Origin: a bacterium
GTDB taxonomy: Bacteria > SZUA-182 > SZUA-191 > JAJRXT01
Reading direction: 5' to 3'
Assembly (NCBI GenBank): GCA_024277675.1
Contig: JAJRUS010000030.1
Span: 1 to 63,188, forward strand
Length of the DNA stretch: 63,188 bases
Shown: positions 55,068 to 63,188 of the stretch, piece after piece
Layout of the letters: each line of letters starts with the position of its first letter
Position numbering within the stretch: the first letter of the stretch is position 1
Position numbers and translations under genes: made by a program
The notes under the pieces: generated by a model
Told to the model about the DNA's origin: nothing
Database searches by the model: none
The model's input: only the letters and a program-made list of their open reading frames with translations

Positions 55068-55739
55068 TTATTGGGACTGAGTTGTGCCGCCGGCCATTTC
55101 CTCCGCCATGCGCCGGCATACCCAGTCCACCAATTTTTGTTTGACGCTTTCCACATCATCGGCGGAGAATATCATGTCCCGGCCCCGGCCAAAGCCCTCC
55201 CATATTTTTTTGCCGCTGTTTATATCCCATATTTGTACCTGAATATTGGTTTCAAACACACCGGGATATTTGGGAATAATCGGATAATCAGAATTTATAT
55301 TAATAATATAGCCGGCGCCCAGTTTCTGATATAAACCCCTGAGTTCATCGAAATTTTTATCCGCTACGGCAGCTTGATGATATTTCTCCAGATACGCAAA
55401 GTAATCCTCCCATAAATCCACATCGGTAAACAAATCGCTGGCTTGAGCAGCGCTTATAAACTTGATGTTATTAAATTTTTTGGCTATATTTTCGTAAAAA
55501 TATTTAGTTACAACCTCCTCGCCTAACCCCCCGCCGACTGAACTCCTCACCGGTAAAAGCGCTATTGTAACATTCCGGAGCCGGCTTAAATTAAATTCAG
55601 CAGCTTTATTCACCGCGCCGACTTTAAAATCAACCTTAGCGGTTTCAGGCTCTTGGAAAAATTCTAAAACCGCCGAATTCGAACAGCTAACTAAGCATAT
55701 AATTGCTAACAACCAGCTCGCTTTCTTAATTCTACACAT
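55068..55739 (-). CDS. Lipoprotein (penicillin-binding-protein-activator/CsgG-like fold possible)
   Basis: Lipobox LVSC; IALLPV; VQIWDINSGKKIWEG. Confidence 0.65.
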   Translation of the reverse strand: MCRIKKASWLLAIICLVSCSNSAVLEFFQEPETAKVDFKVGAVNKAAEFNLSRLRNVTIALLPVRSSVGGGLGEEVVTKYFYENIAKKFNNIKFISAAQASDLFTDVDLWEDYFAYLEKYHQAAVADKNFDELRGLYQKLGAGYIININSDYPIIPKYPGVFETNIQVQIWDINSGKKIWEGFGRGRDMIFSADDVESVKQKLVDWVCRRMAEEMAGGTTQSQ

Positions 55740-55741
55740 TG

Positions 55742-56542
55742 CTATATCCCTAATACCGCCAACATATCATATAATCCCGGCGAAGCATTAACCACAAACC
55801 TGGCCGCTCTGGCCGCACCCTTGGCAAAGGTGTCGCGACTGGTGGCTCTATGGGTAAGCTCTACAGACTCGCCGATACCGGCAAATATTGCGGTATGCGT
55901 ACCCACAATATCCCCGCCGCGTATTGTATGCACCCCGATTTCATCAGGCCGGCGTTCCCCAATTCGCCCCCGACGGCCATAAACCCCAACCTCATCCAAA
56001 TCCCGTTTTAATGCCTGGGCGATAACCTGCGCCATTTTAAGCGCCGTCCCACTGGGGGCATCCTGTTTGAACCGGTGATGCGCCTCGACTATTTCCACAT
56101 CGAAATCATCGCCCAGAACTTCAGCGATTATCTTTAAAAGCTTAAACGTCAAATTTACCCCTACACTCATATTGGGGGAGAAGACAACCGCTGTCTTTTG
56201 TGCCAGCCGGTTTAGCGCCTCCAATTGCTCCGCTGAGAAACCGGTGCTGCCGATTACCATTGGTTTGCCGGCTTTGGCGGCTATCTCCAGGTGCTTAAGA
56301 CTTACTTCCGGATTAGTGAACTCAATTACCACATCCCCTTCATCAATAACCCCCTCTAAGCCTTCCAGGATATTAATTCCCAACTGACCCCGACCTGCTA
56401 CCAGTCCCACATCTTTGCCCAGATCAGGATGACCGGGGGCCTCCAGCCCAGTGCTTACCGTCATCCCCGCCGAATCACAAACCGCATTTACAATGCGCTG
56501 TCCCATTCGACCGGCAGCGCCGGATACTATAACTTTTAGCAT
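55742..56542 (-). CDS. dapB: 4-hydroxy-tetrahydrodipicolinate reductase
   Basis: GAAGRMG, VIGSTG, SPNMSVG, EAHHRFKQDAPSGTA, RGGDIVGTH. Confidence 0.97.
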   Translation of the reverse strand: MLKVIVSGAAGRMGQRIVNAVCDSAGMTVSTGLEAPGHPDLGKDVGLVAGRGQLGINILEGLEGVIDEGDVVIEFTNPEVSLKHLEIAAKAGKPMVIGSTGFSAEQLEALNRLAQKTAVVFSPNMSVGVNLTFKLLKIIAEVLGDDFDVEIVEAHHRFKQDAPSGTALKMAQVIAQALKRDLDEVGVYGRRGRIGERRPDEIGVHTIRGGDIVGTHTAIFAGIGESVELTHRATSRDTFAKGAARAARFVVNASPGLYDMLAVLGI

Positions 56543-56647
56543 TTATGATACCTCGTTTCTTGTTTTAATTCCCATTTTTTCATACAGCATCAAACAAACC
56601 AAATAGTTGCCCTGCCCTCCACCAAGTAACCTTAATATCAAGCGGGG

Positions 56648-56830
56648 TTATGCTCGATATAACCCACACATAATCTTTAGCAAAGTCAAACCATTCTGTT
56701 TTCCTGGGGTCAAGAAAGGCTGAGTTATCGATCGAATGGATAGAAATCCCCCTTGATTTAATTGGTCAGAAACCCATTTTTCATGATCCTGTTTCAGCCC
56801 CTGCAACCTTTCCAGTGTCCATTCTTGAGG
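56648..56830 (-). pseudogene. Fragment resembling the C-terminal helix of HNH-endonuclease effector domains
   Basis: EWTLERLQGLKQDHEKWV resembles the (y/w)T.e.L...K..HE.wV tail of HNH domains; no start codon or HNH core present. Confidence 0.4.
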
Positions 56831-57499
56831 AGTTACTGTAATAAATCCCACTGCCATAACTAGCCGTGTTGCCACTGATAGTGCAATTGGTAATCGTCGG
56901 AGAGGAGCCATTGCAATAAATCCCACCACCGTTTGGAGACGATCCATTGGTGATAGTAAACCCATCCAGCACCGACAACGGCCCATCGCCAGAGTTAAAG
57001 GTTACCACGTTGCCGCTGGCATTGCCGTCAATTATAGTGCTGGCTGCTCCGTTTACCGATTGAACGGTGATAATCTTGCCTAGGAGCCTGTCGGGCTTTA
57101 GATGATTCTACTGCGTAAAGTAAGAAACATATCCATTTTCCCGGTCATTTGAGGCGAATAGTGTATCTATTTAACGAAAATGACCGGGAAAATGGATATG
57201 TTTCTTACTTTCCTCGCTACGAACCCTAAAGTCCGACAAACTCCTAGAAAATTGATATTCTCCACATATGTCCCATCATCAACCAACACCGTATCCCCAG
57301 AATTGGCCGCGTCAATCGCCGACTGAATGGTGGAATATTCCAACGGTACATCAAGCGTGGCCGCCTGCGCCAGGCTCACGGACCCCCACCCTCCGTAAAT
57401 TACCAGCACCAAACTCAAACACAGCCCCACATCCAGATCCACCGCATCTTCCCCATCGCTTCCCCCTCCTTGATATGGATTAAGTAGGTATTTAAGCAT
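56781..57499 (-). pseudogene. Secreted right-handed beta-helix (pectin-lyase-like/DUF1565) gene interrupted by a MITE and truncated
   Basis: YSTIQSAIDAANSGDTVLVDDGTYVENINFLG | MITE | KIITVQSVNGAASTIIDG...LDGFTITNG...GGGIYCNGSSPTITNCTISGN joins seamlessly if the MITE plus one CTAG is removed. Confidence 0.88.
57080..57247. mobile_element. 160-bp MITE with CTAG target duplication
   Basis: CTAG at 57080 and 57244; 18-bp TIRs gagcctgtcgggctttag / ctaaagtccgacaaactc (15/18 match); perfect 34-bp internal inverted repeat 57117-57150 / 57178-57211. Confidence 0.92.
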
Positions 57500-57511
57500 T
57501 CCCGGGTAATA

Positions 57512-57804
57512 TTATAAAGAATCTAGCTGTCTTGCCCCATGATGAACAGTCAGAATCTCCACTTCATCAGGAAGCACTCGATAAATGATCCGGTAATTTC
57601 CAAAGATAATCTCTCGGATAGCCTTACGGCCAATCTCTGGTACAATCCGACCCGAAAAAGGAAAATTCTCCAGACGCTCGGCTACCCCAAATACTCGGTC
57701 AGCAAATATTTCTGCATATCGGGGGGTACATCCCGGGCAATAACCAGACAAACGGCATCCAAATCTTCAAGCGCCTGGTCAGTCCAGCTTACTTTATTAA
57801 CCAC
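57512..57804 (-). pseudogene. RelE/ParE-family toxin, frameshifted in a C6 run
   Basis: GTG at 57804 gives VNKVSWTDQALEDLDAVCLVIARDVP; the remainder RYAEIFADRVF...FPFSGRIVPE...REIIFGNYRIIYRV..VEILTVHHGAR is in another frame; span 293 nt is not a multiple of 3. Confidence 0.85.
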
Positions 57805-57974
57805 TGTTTCATCCGATCTTTTGCCTCTTCCTGGGACACCTTTTGACCAGCATCTGCCTGGCTTATCCCTCGTTCAACTTTGTAAAGTAGGTACAGGCGC
57901 TCCATGGCGTCTTCAATGGTGGCATCCTGTGGAAGCTCCTGAACAATGTTTAAAACCTGCTCCTTAACTGTCAT
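57789..57974 (-). CDS. Antitoxin paired with the RelE/ParE toxin
   Basis: 61 aa, MTVKEQVLNIVQELPQDATIEDAMERLYLLYKVERGISQADAG..SQEEAK; overlaps the toxin start. Confidence 0.85.
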   Translation of the reverse strand: MTVKEQVLNIVQELPQDATIEDAMERLYLLYKVERGISQADAGQKVSQEEAKDRMKQWLIK

Positions 57975-58107
57975 AAATTATCCCCCCTAAAACCATTACC
58001 AAGCCTACCATAAACTTGGGTCGCTGACCCCTTCCTGGTTTCCTTATAGTCTTTTTTGTGTTTTATCCTGTCAATCCTGTTAATCCGGTCAAAGTTTGTG
58101 GTTTTTC

Positions 58108-58983
58108 TTATATCAATCCATATTGCCCCAAGGTATTTTTAAGCTTAGCCAGATTATCCGCACTCATAGGGCACAGGGGCGGCCTTAAGTATCCATCTAT
58201 CTTGCCCATCAACGATAAGCCTGTCTTTACCGGAATGGGATTGGTCTCATAGAACATTGCCTCACACAGGGAAAATAGCTCTATTTGCAACTTGGCTGCT
58301 GCTGCTACATCTCCTGTTTCAAAAGCATTCACCAGCCCCGCCACCCGATCGGGCACAATATTGGCCACTACCGAGATAACCCCCTTACCGCCAATAGCCA
58401 GTACCGGCAGGATAATAAAATCATCGCCGGCAAGTAAGGTTATCTTATCCCCGCACCGGCTCAGGATTTCAGTCATCTGGGTCAGTGAGCCGCTGGCCTC
58501 TTTTATGGCTACGATATTATCAAGCAGAGCCAAACGGGCTACAGTAGCGGGCAGCATATTAATCCCGGTTCGGCCCGGTACATTATACAATACGATGGGA
58601 ATATCCACACTGTTGGCAATTTGAGTGAAGTGTTCATATAAACCGGCCTGGGTAGGCTTATTATAATAAGGCGTAATAACCAGCGCCCCATCGGCGCCGG
58701 CCGCCTGTGCGCTCTTGGTCAGCCGGATTGCCTCGGCAGTGCAGTTTGAACCGGTACCGGCCACCACCGGCACCCTTTTTCCGACTATATTTATGGCAAG
58801 CTCAATTACCCGCTCATGCTCAGCATGGGACAGGGTGGCCGACTCACCGGTAGTACCACAGGGCACGATGGCTTTAGTCCCATTTGCTATTTGAAACTCA
58901 ATCAACCGCTCATAAGCCGCCTCATCTAATTCCCCATTAGCCTTAAATGGAGTAACGATGGCCACCATAGATCCTTTAAACAT
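58108..58983 (-). CDS. dapA: 4-hydroxy-tetrahydrodipicolinate synthase
   Basis: GTTGES, TPYYNKP, LYNVPGRTG, IKEASG, ETNPIPVK. Confidence 0.97.
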   Translation of the reverse strand: MFKGSMVAIVTPFKANGELDEAAYERLIEFQIANGTKAIVPCGTTGESATLSHAEHERVIELAINIVGKRVPVVAGTGSNCTAEAIRLTKSAQAAGADGALVITPYYNKPTQAGLYEHFTQIANSVDIPIVLYNVPGRTGINMLPATVARLALLDNIVAIKEASGSLTQMTEILSRCGDKITLLAGDDFIILPVLAIGGKGVISVVANIVPDRVAGLVNAFETGDVAAAAKLQIELFSLCEAMFYETNPIPVKTGLSLMGKIDGYLRPPLCPMSADNLAKLKNTLGQYGLI

Positions 58984-59026
58984 GTTAATCTCTCCCTTTA
59001 AATTTTCTCCGTCCGGCAGGTATCAT

Positions 59027-60160
59027 CTAATTCAAGCGCCGGCTCTCGTTTTGCTTATTAAAATATTTATCTATTGTTCCTGATTTTATAATTGCTTCGG
59101 CAAAATTATTAGCCATTCGAGCCGTGCCTTCATTGGTGAAATGCCAGTTATCAGCAAAATATTTACCACATTCAGGCGGTATCAATTTACGCTGATCCAC
59201 AAAAATAAAATTCCCCTCTTCGGCCACGGATTTAACGATACTGTTCATAATACTTAAAGCCCTGGCCGCCTTGGGATGCGTTAACGAACAAAAGGCAAAA
59301 GAAGCCAATACCAGGTCTATGCCCCGCCCATTACAAATATGCCCTATATTGCTTAAGTTACGCTTATAAATGCTGATTCCCGCCAGTTTATTCCTGGACT
59401 TCACTGAATCTACAAAAACATTTTTAGAGAGATCCCCCTGGGTTATATTAAACACATTTTTGGCAATTAATCCAGAAAATACGCTGAAAACATAACTGCG
59501 AAATAAACCAGCCGGAATTTTTTGTAATAGCTTATATGGATAGTCCAGGTCTTTGGTTGATTGAGTATAATCTCCCCTGAAATCGGGATATCCCAAACGA
59601 GCCAAATCATTTATGCCATGATATACAATCACTAAATCAGGATCGAAATCCAGCCCCCGCAGCTCAAAATTGACCAAACTATAAGCTGAAAAAGCCCAAC
59701 TTACCCCAAAATTCAGGACTTCGATTTTATCCGTTTTATAATGGGTGCGCAATATATCCTGTAGCTTTTCCGGCCAGGTATATGGTTCGCCGATCCTGCA
59801 TATTGTAGTAGATCCCCCGAAGCATTCTACCCTGAATGTTCCTCTGGGTTTGCGTTGGGATAGCTTTTCCCTGCCCCGAAAGCCAAACCGGTTTATAGTA
59901 AACGTACCCGTAATGGGATCATCGCTTTTGTAATACGTTCCAGATAATTTAACCGTTGACTTAACCCCGGGATTAAGACTCCACGGTAAAAACGGATGGC
60001 CCGATAGCGTAGTCGGCGCAAATCCGGTAGGCGGCGCCAGCCGCCAATATTTGATATTATAGCCTTCTAACTGAAAAAATAAACGGAACAGTCCTTCGGT
60101 ACTTAGCGCAATAAAAACAATCGCAACGAGTATATAGGCTGTCCACTTAATTTTTTTCAG
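59027..60160 (-). CDS. Membrane-anchored SGNH/GDSL hydrolase (377 aa, probable CTG start)
   Basis: Frame is open from CTG at 60160 (GGAG 7 nt upstream) with a TM anchor; motifs FGGSTT, YHGIND, DNWH. The track shows only the last 241 aa. Confidence 0.8.
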   Translation of the reverse strand: MKKIKWTAYILVAIVFIALSTEGLFRLFFQLEGYNIKYWRLAPPTGFAPTTLSGHPFLPWSLNPGVKSTVKLSGTYYKSDDPITGTFTINRFGFRGREKLSQRKPRGTFRVECFGGSTTICRIGEPYTWPEKLQDILRTHYKTDKIEVLNFGVSWAFSAYSLVNFELRGLDFDPDLVIVYHGINDLARLGYPDFRGDYTQSTKDLDYPYKLLQKIPAGLFRSYVFSVFSGLIAKNVFNITQGDLSKNVFVDSVKSRNKLAGISIYKRNLSNIGHICNGRGIDLVLASFAFCSLTHPKAARALSIMNSIVKSVAEEGNFIFVDQRKLIPPECGKYFADNWHFTNEGTARMANNFAEAIIKSGTIDKYFNKQNESRRLN

Positions 60161-60175
60161 CTTTATTCTCCGGGC

Positions 60176-61438
60176 CTATGATTGCAAAAATGGAGGAATA
60201 CTCTCCCCCTGGATCAGGGTTTCGTAGCTCTCCCGCCGGCGAATAACATAATATTTATCATCCCTGACCAGCACTTCCGCCGCCCTGGGTCGGGAGTTAT
60301 AGTTTGAAGACATACTGAATCCATAAGAACCGGCGCTTAATATTGCCAGCAGTTCTCCTTCACGAAATTCGGGCAGAACCCGCTGCTGCGCCAGGAAATC
60401 GCCCGACTCACAAATCGGCCCCACTACATCCACTTCCACCTCCGGCCGTTCAGCTTTATGCACCGGAACAATCTTGTGATAGGCATTATACAGGCTGGGA
60501 CGAATAAGATCATTCATGCCCGCATCCACAATTACAAACCCCTTGGCAGGGGTGGTCTTTTTGTAAATTACCCTGGCTACCAAAATACCGGCATTACCGG
60601 CAACCACCCGGCCCGGTTCTAAAATGACCTTACAGCCGCCAAGCTCATTAATCAGCGGCATAATGGCCCGGGCGAAATTTTCGGGCGAGGGCGGCGTTTC
60701 ACCATTATAAGTAATGCCCAGGCCGCCCCCCAGATTGAGGTACTCTATATCAATCCCAATCGCCCGAAGCTGTTTTATAAGCTCTACAATCTTCTTCAAA
60801 CCGTCCACAAACGGCCCTGTTTCCGTTATCTGAGAGCCGATATGCTTATGCACCCCTGCCACTTGAATGTTCTTAAGCTCAGCGGCGACTTTATATTCTT
60901 CAATGGCCTGATTGATACTGATACCGAATTTATTTTTCTTTAAGCCGGTAGAGATATAGGGATGCGTCTGTGGATCGACATCAGGATTAACCCGCAGGGC
61001 CACCCGCGCCTTTAAGCCCAGGCTACCGGCCAGCTGATTAAGCGCCTGTAATTCGGCTTGAGATTCCACATTAAAAAGCAGTACCCCCGATTTCAGGGCG
61101 TACTCCATCTCAAGTGCAGTCTTACCTACCCCGGCATAGACAATCTTATCCGGCGCAACCCCGGCACAAAGAGCCCGATACAACTCTCCACCTGAAACAA
61201 TATCCATTCCGGCCCCGGCCTGCGCCAAGCTGCTCAAAATCGCCAGGTTGGAGTTAGCCTTCACCGCGAAACACACCAGATGGTCAAGCGGGGCAAAAGC
61301 CTCGTCAACCGCCCTGAAATGCCGCAATAGTGTATTATAGCTGTAAATATATACCGGCGTGCCCACCTTATCGGCAATCTCTTTAATGGGCACCTGCTCA
61401 GCGTATAATTCGTTATCTTGATATTGGAAAAAGTTCAT
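60176..61438 (-). CDS. lysA: Diaminopimelate decarboxylase
   Basis: FAVKANSN, DIVSGGE, HIGSQI, LGGGLG, EPGR, GPICESGD, GSYGFSMSSNYNSRPR. Confidence 0.97.
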   Translation of the reverse strand: MNFFQYQDNELYAEQVPIKEIADKVGTPVYIYSYNTLLRHFRAVDEAFAPLDHLVCFAVKANSNLAILSSLAQAGAGMDIVSGGELYRALCAGVAPDKIVYAGVGKTALEMEYALKSGVLLFNVESQAELQALNQLAGSLGLKARVALRVNPDVDPQTHPYISTGLKKNKFGISINQAIEEYKVAAELKNIQVAGVHKHIGSQITETGPFVDGLKKIVELIKQLRAIGIDIEYLNLGGGLGITYNGETPPSPENFARAIMPLINELGGCKVILEPGRVVAGNAGILVARVIYKKTTPAKGFVIVDAGMNDLIRPSLYNAYHKIVPVHKAERPEVEVDVVGPICESGDFLAQQRVLPEFREGELLAILSAGSYGFSMSSNYNSRPRAAEVLVRDDKYYVIRRRESYETLIQGESIPPFLQS

Positions 61439-61509
61439 GGATTGTTTATTCTTCCTAAATAGTTAGCCTGGGAGAGTTTCCTTGACAGCCCATTCATAGG
61501 CCTGCTGGT

Positions 61510-61845
61510 TCATAATAGAATTCCGTCCCGGACAATATTTTTTATAAAAGAAGTCTCCATCTCATAGAGTTCATCATATTTATCGCTGTTTAAAACCTTT
61601 GGAGATATGCAAACTTCCGTTTCAATTAGTATATCTGTAGCTATCCCGTAAACCACATCGCATATCCGCCAGTCTGCCCCGGACACAATCACCAATACAT
61701 CCAGATCAGAACCTTTACGCGCAGTTCCACGGGCCTTGGAACCAAACAGTTTTAATTCTGACAGGTTTCTACCCAAGGCAGCCTTAAGCGCTTTTTTGAA
61801 TTTTCCTAGCGCCAGTTGCTCATCCTTGCTTAGCCTTGCTTCCAT
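61510..61845 (-). CDS. Minimal nucleotidyltransferase (MNT antitoxin-type)
   Basis: LFGSKARG..RKGSDLDVLVIV; ends FIKNIVRDGILL. Confidence 0.9.
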   Translation of the reverse strand: MEARLSKDEQLALGKFKKALKAALGRNLSELKLFGSKARGTARKGSDLDVLVIVSGADWRICDVVYGIATDILIETEVCISPKVLNSDKYDELYEMETSFIKNIVRDGILL

Positions 61846-61860
61846 ATTTATTTTCCTTGT

Positions 61861-62535
61861 TCAGTTTGTGCTTTTAGGTATCCAAGGCTCTCTAAATATT
61901 TTCTTCCAATCATATTGGCAAGTAGGAAGAAAGCTTGAGGGACACGACCCATGAATAAACCTTCGGTACTTCCTGAGTAATTCCTCCATAAACTTTAGGC
62001 AATTATCAATTTCTTTGTAAGTTGGCAGACTTTTAAATTCTGACCGATCATGGTGCGCCACTCTTTTATTAACAAATTTTCTTAGGTTTTCTGCCTTGTC
62101 TTTAATTTGCCTGATATCTTCACAAACTATTGCTGGATCAACATGTGTTTTAACCTCGCCTGAGAATTGATCAAAACCACGATGAGCGGTCTTTTCAGAT
62201 AAAACAGTGTCCCTATAACGAGCAACATACCAATCCCGTGTAAGAATTTGGGGGTCTCTAATAATTTCTTCCAACAAGCTTACAAATGATATGCTTCTTC
62301 TGTCGGCATCAATTTGCCTACGAATACCCATTACCATATATGTTGCATAAGTATAGGTCATATAGTCATAAAATGAGCTTGCTATCTGTATCTTGGGATT
62401 GGCATCGATAATTTCTTTGACCTCACTATATATATGACGAGCAACCGAAAGAGCAGTTATGTCCTTATCAATCTGATCAAGCCACTCATCCCATTTAGTA
62501 AGTTTGTTTTTGTTTTTCCCCACTGTCACTCTCAT
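61861..62535 (-). CDS. Hypothetical protein resembling HEPN (AbiU2-like) domains
   Basis: All-helical; IRRQID..SISFVSLL; FVNKRVAHHD (degenerate Rx4-6H); PTYKEIDNCL. Confidence 0.55.
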   Translation of the reverse strand: MRVTVGKNKNKLTKWDEWLDQIDKDITALSVARHIYSEVKEIIDANPKIQIASSFYDYMTYTYATYMVMGIRRQIDADRRSISFVSLLEEIIRDPQILTRDWYVARYRDTVLSEKTAHRGFDQFSGEVKTHVDPAIVCEDIRQIKDKAENLRKFVNKRVAHHDRSEFKSLPTYKEIDNCLKFMEELLRKYRRFIHGSCPSSFLPTCQYDWKKIFREPWIPKSTN

Positions 62536-62695
62536 CCTGTACTTCTGATCTGCTGGTTTGCTGTTTCTCTTGTTCCTGCTCTATAACTTTACTCAATGGA
62601 GTCGGTGGGCCTTTTTTACCGCAAGCGGTCAGCAAAAACATCACACAACAAAGCACAGCAAGAATGTATTGCATTTTATTAATGCATTTATACAT
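62495..62695 (-). CDS. Small lipoprotein (LPAM/YifL-LptM-like)
   Basis: LTACGKKGPPTP; this family typically sits upstream of lysA. Confidence 0.85.
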   Translation of the reverse strand: MYKCINKMQYILAVLCCVMFLLTACGKKGPPTPLSKVIEQEQEKQQTSRSEVQDESDSGEKQKQTY

Positions 62696-62697
62696 AG

Positions 62698-63188
62698 CTA
62701 GTTACGCCTATTTCTCTCAGCAATTACTTTAAGCGGCAATCCCCAGATTTTACAGAATGCTTCCCCAGCCTTATGTTCGAAAGCATCCTGCTCATCATAG
62801 GTAGCAAGTGAGAAATCATACAGCGAGTTATCCGATTTTCGGCCAACCACCATGCAGTTACCCTTGTGCAATTTAAGTCTGATGACTCCGGTAATCGCTG
62901 GTTGTATTTGAGCAAAAAAGGCATCCAAGGCCTCTCTAAGGGGTGAAAACCACAGCCCGTCATAGATCAGCTGGGTATATTTCTGGCTCAAATGCCGCTT
63001 AAAGTGAATGGTTTCCTTATCCAGCACCAGTTTCTCCAGCTCAGCATTGGCTAAGTGCAGGATAGTTGGCGCCGGGGCCTCATACACCTCACGCGATTTG
63101 ATGCCTACCAGCCGATTCTCAACCATATCGCTGCGCCCGACTCCATATTCTCCACCCAGGCGATTTAGTTCCTGCACCATATCTAACA
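62698..63188 (-). CDS. argG: Argininosuccinate synthase, 3' part (5' end off the window)
   Basis: GVGRSDMVENRLVGIKSREVYEAP, YDGLWFSP, LHKGNC, SLYD..LATY. Confidence 0.97.
   Translation of the reverse strand, partial: LDMVQELNRLGGEYGVGRSDMVENRLVGIKSREVYEAPAPTILHLANAELEKLVLDKETIHFKRHLSQKYTQLIYDGLWFSPLREALDAFFAQIQPAITGVIRLKLHKGNCMVVGRKSDNSLYDFSLATYDEQDAFEHKAGEAFCKIWGLPLKVIAERNRRN

Noticed and set aside
59027-61438. Amber read-through (pyrrolysine-type) LysA-SGNH fusion
   Set aside because: LysA ends at its normal C-terminus, the downstream gene has its own RBS and signal anchor, and no pyl genes are visible; the in-frame arrangement has a one-in-three chance.

Overview
63-kb chromosomal window from a diderm bacterium. 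It encodes LPS-type glycosyltransferases, lnt and a multiheme cytochrome; the gene order is reminiscent of Deltaproteobacteria or related candidate phyla, but taxonomy cannot be fixed from sequence alone. It has four blocks. (1) 1-14.9 kb: a minus-strand phage virion-morphogenesis operon (terminase, portal, protease-scaffold-Mu gpT-type capsid fusion, adaptor, tail tube, chaperone, short tape measure). No integrase, repressor or replication genes are visible, and it starts directly behind a housekeeping operon. Inside its tail module, two paralogous tail-completion genes bracket two signal-peptide-less peptidoglycan hydrolases (SleB-like+M23, and M15), two secreted proteins and a 115-bp orphan copy of hydrolase sequence. 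This resembles a polymorphic effector/immunity cassette on a domesticated or decaying phage particle and is the best candidate for an undescribed system. (2) 15-29.6 kb: housekeeping genes (TPR lipoprotein, frameshifted prfB, lnt, cytochrome c554-like, pgsA, scpA, three tandem radical SAM paralogs, SLT, pncC, M28 peptidase, APC permease). (3) 29.9-51.1 kb: a large LPS/surface-glycan locus. (4) 51.3-63.2 kb: rpsF-ssb-rpsR-yybS-rplI and an argG-lysA-dapA-dapB operon interrupted by HEPN/MNT, SGNH, a frameshifted RelE/ParE module and a MITE-broken gene. Several MITE/REP-like repeat families occur throughout. No rRNA, tRNA or CRISPR array was seen. All family assignments are from motif recognition by eye, not database searches.
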